Assembly: GCA_963677895.2 (NCBI GenBank) | Contig: CAXXGJ010000015.1 | Span: forward strand, 1-26,221 | DNA from: Treponemataceae bacterium | GTDB taxonomy: Bacteria; Spirochaetota; Spirochaetia; Treponematales; Rectinemataceae | Direction: 5' to 3' | Length of the DNA stretch: 26,221 bases | In this document: positions 1 to 7,229 of the stretch, one piece after another | Layout: every line of letters starts with the position of its first letter | How positions within the stretch are numbered: position 1 is the stretch's first letter | Made by a program: the position numbers and the translations under genes | The notes under the pieces: model-generated | What the model was told of the DNA's origin: nothing | What the model saw: only the letters and a program-made list of their open reading frames with translations | The model's database searches: none

Positions 1-554
1 TCGCAGCATGCGAGGAGCTGAAGGCAGGAAATGCAAATTTCGACCTAGGTGATGGTTATAAGGCATCATTTGTACTTCCGGACATCGGGAAGCCCTATGT
101 AGTGGAGGATGCATATACTGCGCACACAAATACCGGACTGTTTACACCCTATGGCTTTACAATATCCTCTGACGGTATCGAATTGGCATCCCTGAAAATG
201 TATGTGTATTCCAGCCCACAATTATATCCCGCACCAAAGGCCAGTACAGAGGCTTCTACAATACCTGAAGTTTTGGGTCCAAGGATTATAACACCTGAAA
301 CCATAAGCGGTGCTCTTGGATATGTTGGCTATGATCTGCAAATAGGTGCAACAGGGACGGATACAAACAATGCCATGACTGGTTTCTTCCGATGCTTCCC
401 AGGAGCGCAGAGTGAGTTGGTTATTTCTAAGGAGAGCCTGAAAGGTACAGTTGAGGTTTCTGGCGAGACAAGCGGGCTCCCTGCATCTGTACTGTCGTTG
501 CAAGTTTTCAATTCTATGGTAGACAGCATTAAGGTATCGGGACCAGGTATTTAG
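1..554 (+). CDS. Secreted hypothetical protein, 5'-truncated at the window edge (full copy at 12895-13506)
   Basis: Identical to the C-terminal part of the 203-aa ORF at 12895-13506. Confidence 0.85.
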   Translation, partial: AACEELKAGNANFDLGDGYKASFVLPDIGKPYVVEDAYTAHTNTGLFTPYGFTISSDGIELASLKMYVYSSPQLYPAPKASTEASTIPEVLGPRIITPETISGALGYVGYDLQIGATGTDTNNAMTGFFRCFPGAQSELVISKESLKGTVEVSGETSGLPASVLSLQVFNSMVDSIKVSGPGI

Positions 555-566
555 GAAGTTAGATTC

Positions 567-580
567 ATTTTCTTTTTTTT
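567..580 (+). terminator. Oligo-T archaeal-type terminator candidate
   Basis: attttctttttttt shortly after the stop codon at 554. Confidence 0.45.
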
Positions 581-909
581 GATATAAGCATCGATATAAT
601 TCGATTTTCGGACACAATCCGGGAATGATTAATGGCAAAACCAGAACCAAGAATGCTGCTCGTTTTTTTGGACGTTTGCCATCCATTTTGAAAGGATTGT
701 GGAAGAATTTGGAGGAATAGTGTGTCATAATATCACATTAGGATAGCTTCAAAGACCTCGAAAGCTCGACTTATTAGGATTTAGTGCAATCACATGCATT
801 AGCCGATATGGACCCGAAAATAGTCGAACATTTTTCGAGCAATTATAGAATGTTCAGGGGGGGCAGGCGAGCTAACCTGTTTTTGAGTTGGTATATCACG
901 AACTGATAC

Positions 910-926
910 AAAGGTTTTTCGTTAGA
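910..926 (+). promoter_or_regulatory. Conserved upstream element AAAGGTTTTTCGTTAGA (copy A)
   Basis: 41 bp before GGAGG (951-955), with ATG at 963. Near-identical copies at 1285, 1515 and 12383. Confidence 0.7.
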
Positions 927-962
927 ACCTCCAATCTTAAAAGAAGATAACGGAGGGATTTA

Positions 963-1271
963 ATGAAGAAAATAATACTTGCAGTACTCTTACTGCTATC
1001 ATTGGCCATATCATTAGATATTGTGCCAGCAATAGATGTAGGCGCGGAACATTCAGGCGCGATGTTAGGGCTTACAGATCAAAGCACCTCGACAGCTTAC
1101 ACCACACTTGGCACCTGTGATTATATCGGGAACAGCAACACGCATAAGTTCCATGTGCCGAGCTGTTCTTGGGTGCCGAAAATAAATCCCGAGCATGAGG
1201 TTTGTTTCTCAAGTGCTAGCAGTGCAATAGCTGCTGGATATGCTGCCTGCAAGAAATGCAATCCTGCCTAA
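963..1271 (+). CDS. Secreted protein with a C-terminal Ada-type metal-binding (Ada_Zn_binding-like) domain
   Basis: Signal peptide MKKIILAVLLLLSLAIS. YIGNSNTHKFHxPSC...F...AIAAGYxACKKCNP is the typical Ada metal-binding signature often found fused to thermonucleases. GGAGG RBS present. Confidence 0.85.
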   Translation: MKKIILAVLLLLSLAISLDIVPAIDVGAEHSGAMLGLTDQSTSTAYTTLGTCDYIGNSNTHKFHVPSCSWVPKINPEHEVCFSSASSAIAAGYAACKKCNPA

Positions 1272-1284
1272 TGGTCAATCACCC

Positions 1285-1301
1285 AAACCTTTTTCGTTAG
1301 A
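1285..1301 (+). promoter_or_regulatory. Conserved upstream element AAACCTTTTTCGTTAGA (copy B), with no intact downstream gene
   Basis: Followed by GGAGG at 1323-1327 but only very short ORFs. About 55 bp of similarity to the leader at 12383-12445. Confidence 0.6.
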
Positions 1302-1514
1302 TCTTCTATAATGAATTCTACAGGAGGAATTATCAAACGAATATGACCCATACAAAGACACGTCAGTATTTATAACTTCGACGTTCCCCTGGGATGAAGG
1401 CACCCTTTCTCTGCTCAAGACGATTCACATTGAGAAGATCAATTCCACTTCTTAGCTTCGCTTGTGGGATTTCCTTTTTTCACCAAAGAGTGCAATGAGT
1501 TCTTTTAAGGTCCA

Positions 1515-1531
1515 AAAGGTTTTTCGTTGGA
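1515..1531 (+). promoter_or_regulatory. Conserved upstream element AAAGGTTTTTCGTTGGA (copy C)
   Basis: 37 bp before GGAGG (1552-1556), with ATG at 1563. Confidence 0.7.
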
Positions 1532-1562
1532 TACATCTATGTCAAATGCATGGAGGAATTGC

Positions 1563-2066
1563 ATGAGAATAATGATTGGCGTCGTAATATTGGTAGCTTC
1601 ATTGATATCATTAATGGCAACTGCATCTGCAGTTGAAATTGTTAGAGTAGATAATTTCAATTTATCAGTAGATTTCGGCGAATCACATGCTGAAATATCG
1701 CCCACATCGCCTTATATGGTAAACGAGTTAAACATTGCATCGGTTAAATTCTCCGCAGACAACGCAACAGGAATTATTGCCATAGGCAAAACGCCTGGTT
1801 CAGAGCCTCATTCCATTTTAGTAAGCAACTGCAAAAGAGTTCTAGAGCTAATAATGAAGCAAACCAATGTCAATGTGGACGTAACGCCATACGAAGATGG
1901 GTTCATTGGGACAGGTGAAGACCTAGCTACCGGGTCACCGACGTATGGAATCTTAAAGCCAGATGATGCAGAGTTTGGAAGAGCATCTCGCGTATTAATT
2001 GCGATAGCAACTTCAAAGGACGAAAGAAAGATTAAAAGCATAATAGCGAGCGTAAAATCAGCATAA
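1563..2066 (+). CDS. Secreted hypothetical protein (start revised to ATG 1563)
   Basis: GGAGG RBS 6 nt before ATG 1563. Signal peptide MRIMIGVVILVASLISLMATASA ends in an AxA cleavage site. Confidence 0.85.
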   Translation: MRIMIGVVILVASLISLMATASAVEIVRVDNFNLSVDFGESHAEISPTSPYMVNELNIASVKFSADNATGIIAIGKTPGSEPHSILVSNCKRVLELIMKQTNVNVDVTPYEDGFIGTGEDLATGSPTYGILKPDDAEFGRASRVLIAIATSKDERKIKSIIASVKSA

Positions 2067-2156
2067 TTCAGTGAATTTCGTCTTTGCGGGTTTTATAATA
2101 TTCCTTTTTTGTACAACTAACGCGATTTATTTCTAAAGTATCTAATCATAACCTAA

Positions 2157-2440
2157 TTCCACAAAACCGATATGCGTAAAATCCCATAGCGCACAATGGT
2201 GATTATCGAGCTAGAAACATATTCATAACTCGGTGTGAATTAAATTCAAGGCCAGAGCATATCGGTTTTGCACCAAGATTATAACTTTCGGTTTTGGCTA
2301 CTGGTAGCGATTGCAAAAGACCTTTCTTTTTTCGATCATTTCATAGTTTATGTGCATGGAGAGCCGGTTTTGACCATGTTTCCCCGCGAATGGATTACAT
2401 CAAATCAGTATAAGCTTTATTGATGCTGTTTTGTGGAATG
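2157..2440. repeat. Intergenic cluster of (C)GGTTTTG / GTTTTGTGGAA repeats in both orientations
   Basis: caaaaccgatatgc (2162-2175) and gcatatcggttttg (~2258-2271) form a perfect 14-bp inverted repeat. ttccacaaaac (2157) is inverted relative to gttttgtggaa (~2428). Extra cggttttg copies at ~2289 and ~2365. Confidence 0.55.
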
Positions 2441-2656
2441 TGTCACTGAAATTAGTACAAGGCAACAGTATTAACTTTATTAAGAAAGTTCTTAGAATAA
2501 TACTTATACAGGCAATTTTCCTATCACGATTTAATCAATCATGTTGTGGATATATTTATCTTGGTTTAGGTTTCCCATAAGGTAGCAAGAGGTAGTCCTA
2601 TTAATATGAAGCTAAAATGCTAATAGCATCAAACCGAAAAAGGGGAGAATAAATAT

Positions 2657-3067
2657 ATGAATGATTTTATGATAGGGGATAATCTTAGAGATATAATTAT
2701 CGGTGTAATCGGATCTCTTATCGGAGCAGCTTTTGTATTCTTTGCATCACGCGGCTGGAAATTTACGAGCGACTTACGCGAAAAAGCTAAACTAGAGCTC
2801 ATGCAAGAAAAATCCGAGTGGAACAATGGAGGGCAAATTGGTCAGCAAAGAATTACTAATAAATACTTATTTGAAATATTAAAATTTATCCTATTTGGTA
2901 GTTTATTTTCAAGTATTCCATTAATAATATCAGCTTTCTCTATAATGGATGGAATGATAACATCTACCAGTCCCGTTATTTTTTACGTATTATCTGGCTT
3001 TGCCTCACTAGCTTCCTTTTATTGGGGGTTAGGGAAAGTAATCAGATACAGAAATTTATCCTCCTAA
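2657..3067 (+). CDS. Hypothetical membrane protein (about 3 TM helices), AT-rich cargo gene
   Basis: 136-aa ORF with hydrophobic segments IIIGVIGSLIGAAFVFFA, FILFGSLFSSIPLIISAF and VIFYVLSGFASLASFYWGL. Confidence 0.8.
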   Translation: MNDFMIGDNLRDIIIGVIGSLIGAAFVFFASRGWKFTSDLREKAKLELMQEKSEWNNGGQIGQQRITNKYLFEILKFILFGSLFSSIPLIISAFSIMDGMITSTSPVIFYVLSGFASLASFYWGLGKVIRYRNLSS

Positions 3068-3363
3068 TAATTTTGTGGCAAAAATACCGCAAACTGATAA
3101 GCAGCAACCACATTACAAGATCAAGGGTGGCAACAATTTTAACCGCTAGACGCTGATTACCTCGCGCCAATTGGCACGAAAAATCATCATTCTGTAATGC
3201 GATAGGCTCCGAAAAAAAATAAGACCTTCGGCCTAGATTGCCGCGCGCCCTTGGCCGGTAGCGGCGGCGATCAGAGCAACAGGCCCGGCACGTCGGGCTA
3301 ATCGCTACATCCTCTCCTATGTGGCCGAGAGATATAGGCCATTTGGACCAGTAAAGCTAAACC

Positions 3364-3390
3364 TGATCACTACATTATCTTATGTGATCA
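3364..3390. promoter_or_regulatory. Operator-like inverted repeat TGATCAC-N13-GTGATCA immediately upstream of the RHH/coiled-coil gene
   Basis: tgatcactacattatcttatgtgatca, ending 2 nt before ATG 3393. Confidence 0.6.
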
Positions 3391-3825
3391 CTATGAGGAT
3401 TTATGCTGAGGCTACTGATCAGTTGCTAAAAGAGATCAACCAAGCGGTCAAAGAAAAAGGAATTGGTAAGACCCAAATAGTTCTTGAAGCCCTTGATCAG
3501 TACCTACATGGTAGTGATCATGGAGAGCTTGCAAAAGCTAGGTCCGAGCTGGAAAAGACCAAAGGAGACCTAGATAAAAGTTGGTTCGAGATCACTAGGT
3601 TAAGGTCTGAGATCACAGCTATTAAAGCTGATTTAGAAAAGATAAGATCACTAGCTGAAAGGCTCCAGCAAGAGAGTGATCTACTAAAGAAAACTGCTGA
3701 TCAAGCACACATAGACCTTGAATTGTCGCGACGTGATCACGAGCATGCACTAGACACCATACGACAAGACCGGGAACAGATCAGTATGTTATCTGCATTG
3801 ACTCATCAGTTGACAGAGAAGATCA
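3365..3825. repeat. Dispersed GATC(A) repeat array (14 sites) overlapping the RHH/coiled-coil gene
   Basis: GATC at 3365, 3386, 3417, 3434, 3495, 3516, 3590, 3611, 3646, 3678, 3699, 3735, 3779 and 3821. 13 of the 14 are GATCA. Confidence 0.8.
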
Positions 3826-3890
3826 CGCCTGCGCTGCCACCAAGCCAGGAAGAGGCCAAAAAGAAAGGATGGTGGCAGTTCTGGAGATGA
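3393..3890 (+). CDS. RHH-like DNA-binding domain + coiled coil + aromatic C-terminal tail (KKKGWWQFWR); candidate partition/stability protein
   Basis: From ATG 3393, MRIYAEATDQLLKEINQAVKEKGIGKTQIVLEALDQYL fits a strand-helix-helix pattern. The middle is heptad-rich and the tail is amphipathic. Confidence 0.8.
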   Translation: MRIYAEATDQLLKEINQAVKEKGIGKTQIVLEALDQYLHGSDHGELAKARSELEKTKGDLDKSWFEITRLRSEITAIKADLEKIRSLAERLQQESDLLKKTADQAHIDLELSRRDHEHALDTIRQDREQISMLSALTHQLTEKITPALPPSQEEAKKKGWWQFWR

Positions 3891-3897
3891 AGAGTTG

Positions 3898-4425
3898 ATG
3901 GAACTTAGTACTTTGGCTGATATTGGAGTAGCTCTTGCGACCTTATTTTTGGCTATCATAACGAGCTTAACTATTAGAGAAACGCGTCTGCAGCAAAAAA
4001 AAGATCGTTTACATAAAGAAATGACGTTATTAGTTGGGCAATTACATATCCACATGGACAGCGATTTATTATTTGGTACAACGGAACTTAATAATCGACC
4101 TAACCGAGATAGAACCACAGATCAAGACTGGAAAATGTATTTTAATTTTTGGGATAATATTGAAATTAATATGTATTTAGCGGACAGGGATTTATTAAGA
4201 GCGCTGAAAAACCACATTGACGCAAAAAATGATTATTGGAATTGGGCGAGAAGCAATGGACTCTTAATATTTAACGCTAATAACGAGTACAAACAGAAAA
4301 TGCAGTGGATCAAGACTACAAGAAATGCTTTGGACAAGGAAACCAATAGAAGATATGAAAACCTAAAGAAAGAAATCGATGAACTTGAACAAAGGCCTTG
4401 GTATCATTTCTGGAAATGCCACTAA
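3898..4425 (+). CDS. Hypothetical protein with an N-terminal TM anchor and C-terminal PWYHFWK tail
   Basis: ~175-aa ORF with TM segment IGVALATLFLAIITSLTI. AT-rich. Starts 7 nt after the upstream stop. Confidence 0.8.
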   Translation: MELSTLADIGVALATLFLAIITSLTIRETRLQQKKDRLHKEMTLLVGQLHIHMDSDLLFGTTELNNRPNRDRTTDQDWKMYFNFWDNIEINMYLADRDLLRALKNHIDAKNDYWNWARSNGLLIFNANNEYKQKMQWIKTTRNALDKETNRRYENLKKEIDELEQRPWYHFWKCH

Positions 4426-4694
4426 GAGAAGGCCCCTCGCAGTCTCCGCGTGATCGAATCCTTTGGATACTCAACAACAGCGGCGGCAAGATGGACAGGA
4501 GCACCTTAAGGCGGCGCATGGGGACAGGCCATGAAAGGTCACAGTTTTATAGTTTTAAGACACATATATTGATAGGTGAAATATTCTATGCTGTGGAACC
4601 TTGTAAAGAAGATTATAAAAATACACCTTCTCGTGATTGGCTTGATAGCTCTTCTGTGTTTCTTGAAAAAGAAGCACCATTGCTGCTGCCATAA
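4416..4694 (+). pseudogene. Probably disrupted small wHTH gene (MPLREGPSQSPRDRILWILNNSGGKMDRSTLRRRMG...)
   Basis: ATG 4416 overlaps the end of the previous gene. The first ~36 codons are GC-rich and look like HTH helices 1-2. The sequence then switches abruptly to AT-rich, apparently unrelated DNA at ~4530. Confidence 0.5.
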
Positions 4695-4717
4695 TGATAA
4701 AGAATAGACAACCATTT

Positions 4718-4770
4718 TTACCGCCTAGGAAGAAGCAAAGAAAAAGAGCTGGTGGCGGTTCTGGAAATGA
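4718..4770 (+). pseudogene. Remnant 3' end of a paralogue of the 3393-3890 gene (LPP/EEAKKKSWWRFWK*)
   Basis: ttaccgcctag-gaagaagcaaagaaaaagagctggtggcggttctggaaatga aligns with ctgccaccaagccaggaagaggccaaaaagaaaggatggtggcagttctggagatga, with a 4-nt deletion. Confidence 0.75.
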
Positions 4771-4775
4771 GGAGA

Positions 4776-4982
4776 TCACCCTTCCAGCCAGAACTCCTGT
4801 GGCCACAGCCCGCCCTCTTCACAGCAGGTTTCTTGAGAGTGGACTTCCTCAAAGCGATTATGGATCATCTCATCAACCTCCGACAGCCTGACCCCAAACA
4901 CCTCAGCCAGGATCTCCCTTGCCGCTTCCAGCTCCATAGCCTTTTGACTCATTGCCTTATGTGGCCTGAAGACTCCTGCCAT
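4776..4982 (-). CDS. Small acidic hypothetical protein (MELEAAREILAEVFG...GLWPQEF)
   Basis: 68-aa helical ORF convergent on the WWRFWK remnant. It resembles small proteins I recall from Methanothrix elements (unverified). AT-rich promoter-like sequence lies upstream at ~4990-5010. Confidence 0.6.
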   Translation of the reverse strand: MAGVFRPHKAMSQKAMELEAAREILAEVFGVRLSEVDEMIHNRFEEVHSQETCCEEGGLWPQEFWLEG

Positions 4983-5082
4983 GAAGAGCTTATTCTACGT
5001 ATAAGGTTAAGTAATTTGGCCGGAAAACAATATCAATAGGCCATTTTTTCATAAAGGGAAAGCTTGAATATCATACAAAGAG

Positions 5083-5547
5083 ATGAATGAGACCATGAGA
5101 CGAACCAGAGCCTTCTTTATGCTGTCTATGCTGCTCCTGATCACCCTGGCAGCAGGCGCGCCGGATGAGGCCATGGGAAGAGTTTCAAAGGTTGTGGATG
5201 GTGACACCTTCGACGTTACCCTAGATAGCCATGATAGCCGGATCTCCGAGGACATCATCAGGGTCCGGCTTGCAGACATTGACACGCCGGAAGTTCGCGG
5301 GCCGAAAGCATGCGAAGCTGGGAAGAAGGCATCAGCCTACACGAAAAAATGGCTTTTAGGTAGAACAGTATCCTTGGACCTTGATGATAAGACCGGCAAG
5401 GTAAAAAACTATGGAATATGGCGATGGGTGGCGGTTTGCTATCTGCAGGATGGCCGGAACTTCAATAAGATGCTTGTGGATGCCGGCCACGCCGTGATAA
5501 AAGACTTCAAAAATAATGAGTTCGATCCTGGGAGCTGGTGGAGCTAA
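5083..5547 (+). CDS. Secreted thermonuclease (staphylococcal nuclease/SNase family)
   Basis: Signal peptide plus motifs VVDGDT, VRLADIDTPE and NKMLVDAGHA. The real start may be ATG 5095. Confidence 0.92.
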   Translation: MNETMRRTRAFFMLSMLLLITLAAGAPDEAMGRVSKVVDGDTFDVTLDSHDSRISEDIIRVRLADIDTPEVRGPKACEAGKKASAYTKKWLLGRTVSLDLDDKTGKVKNYGIWRWVAVCYLQDGRNFNKMLVDAGHAVIKDFKNNEFDPGSWWS

Positions 5548-5792
5548 GAATAGATCGCTCTGGCGTCCTTCAAGGTCTCCATGGCTCGCTCTCCTGTGGG
5601 TGATGTCTTATAGATAATCCCATCCTCCTGGATGGCCTCGATAAGCCCCTTTTCTTGCAGTAAAGTGAGATATGGCCCTACGGTCTTAAAATTCAATCCA
5701 GCTTGATAAACAACCCTGGTCTTATTAGCACCTTCGCGACATGTATCGAGAATTTGGACTATGATCTGATCTTTTTCCCTTTTCGGAAGCAT
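5544..5792 (-). CDS. Archaeal winged-helix transcriptional regulator (HTH_45-like)
   Basis: Pattern R...II..IL..C..GANKTRVVYQAGLNFKT...YL..L...GLI.....Y.TSP.G. The stop overlaps the thermonuclease stop. Confidence 0.88.
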   Translation of the reverse strand: MLPKREKDQIIVQILDTCREGANKTRVVYQAGLNFKTVGPYLTLLQEKGLIEAIQEDGIIYKTSPTGERAMETLKDARAIYS

Positions 5793-5800
5793 AACATAGG

Positions 5801-5880
5801 TAAGTATTTTATATACTTATTAATGTTTCCTTCTTATGTAACCGGGCCACATAAGATAATATCGAAGCGTTACATAAGAA
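5801..5880 (-). promoter_or_regulatory. Promoter/operator of the wHTH gene: TATA box inside a 7-bp IR, plus an upstream 12-bp IR
   Basis: taagtat-tttat-atactta (5801-5819) contains TATATAAA on the minus strand. ttcttatgtaac (5831-5842) and gttacataagaa (5869-5880) form a perfect IR. Confidence 0.6.
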
Positions 5881-6017
5881 CGGGCCGATTGTGGCTTTAT
5901 ACATGCAAAATTATAATTTCTGTAATGCCTTATAATCAACGATCTCAGGCAAAGATGATAGTTAAGGACTGGCTAGAAATCGCTTGAAGGTCGATTATTG
6001 ATTGCTGTCCTGTGGCA

Positions 6018-6263
6018 TTAAAGGCTATGTCCGAGATAAAGCGCAAAATGTCCTATGATGAGAAGATCCGATGCATAGACAAGAACCCTGACCACAAGAG
6101 GATCTTCATTTAGCGTATGTTCGCAGAAGGATATCACCCACCGAGAGATGATTATCATGAGAATTACCACTAGCATGGTAAGGCAGAAGATAACGAAATG
6201 TGCGATTAGGCTTACCATGTAGGGCTCGACAATCAACCAAACCTCTTGGTGAACGTTGAACAT
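6018..6263 (-). CDS. Small membrane protein (2 TM helices)
   Basis: 81-aa hydrophobic ORF. On the minus strand GAGGTGA lies directly before the ATG, and AAAACTTATAA is ~25-35 nt upstream. Confidence 0.75.
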   Translation of the reverse strand: MFNVHQEVWLIVEPYMVSLIAHFVIFCLTMLVVILMIIISRWVISFCEHTLNEDPLVVRVLVYASDLLIIGHFALYLGHSL

Positions 6264-6674
6264 TCACCTCAGATATATCTGTCATATAGTTATAAGTTTT
6301 TTTTCTTTAGATTGTTTTTATATATACTGTTTATTTTTTAATATATATTATAACTAAGAGAAACGCTATGCACTAAACTAATAACAGTTGTTTAAAAAAA
6401 TTTTTTTCTACCTGAGAATCCTTAGACTTCGATTGTGCGCGAAGCTCTATAAGTTGCCTAGATTTAGTTCATTTGTTGATTCGTTTACATGCCATGTAAA
6501 TTATCAATCAATTTCTGACCTATTACTTCGATGTCTCTTCATATCGGTTCATTATTATTCTCCTATCCACTAAGCACTATAGAAATATCAGTAAGTCACC
6601 TGATATTTTAGGATCGGTGCAAGGAAGTTTGTGTCTCTTATCCTCTATTCTCTAAAATTAATTGATCGTTGACG

Positions 6675-7199
6675 TCAATGAATTTGTACCTTCAAGCGAA
6701 GCACTTTCTCCCTGGCATCGCCAGGCCTAGCATGAAGTTCATAGCGGCGCATGTCCAGCTTTACCAGAAGGCGTGTCATTGTGGCCCGGTCAATGCCTAG
6801 AATGTGTTCCAGTTGCTTCAATGTGGTAGGCCCGCGGCTCTTCAGCACTTCATCTATTTTCGCGATTCTGGCAACGGTCTTCTCTCCTGATGGTGTCGGA
6901 GCCTTGACCAGTTTGGCGATTATGTTATCTATCTCGGAGATGGCATCAAAAGAATCGTCGGTTCGTGCTCCCTGCAGACGCACCTCGCGGCGCAAGGCGG
7001 CTATTTCCTGCCTATCCTGGTCTCTCTCTTCTCGGAGCCCCATAACCTCATCCTGCAAAGGCTGGAAGGCTTCTTGGATGAGGCCCCGGAGCTGTGATAA
7101 GGAGAGTGTGATAGATGGTTCTGAAGGCGATACGGGAAAATCGGCTTGCATCGCTGTGGACGCAAAGCTATTTATCTTAGCTAAGGCTATTTCTGACAT
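6675..7199 (-). CDS. Coiled-coil protein with a C-terminal MarR-like winged helix
   Basis: Heptads LQDEVMGLREERDQDRQEIAALRREV. C-terminal IDEVLKSRGPTTLKQLEHILGIDRATMTRLLVKL...DAREKVLRL. AGGTGA RBS upstream. Confidence 0.85.
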   Translation of the reverse strand: MSEIALAKINSFASTAMQADFPVSPSEPSITLSLSQLRGLIQEAFQPLQDEVMGLREERDQDRQEIAALRREVRLQGARTDDSFDAISEIDNIIAKLVKAPTPSGEKTVARIAKIDEVLKSRGPTTLKQLEHILGIDRATMTRLLVKLDMRRYELHARPGDAREKVLRLKVQIH

Positions 7200-7229
7200 A
7201 AGGTATTCACCTGCACGGTGTTTTCTCCT

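Noticed and set aside
222..728. 168-aa minus-strand ORF (likewise 6751-7251, 7605-7916, 3789-4118 and 5703-5987)
   Set aside because: They overlap better-supported genes on the opposite strand and have no recognisable features.
1372..1381. loxP-like ATAACTTCG
   Set aside because: Only a 9-bp partial half-site with no matching inverted arm, and no recombinase gene.
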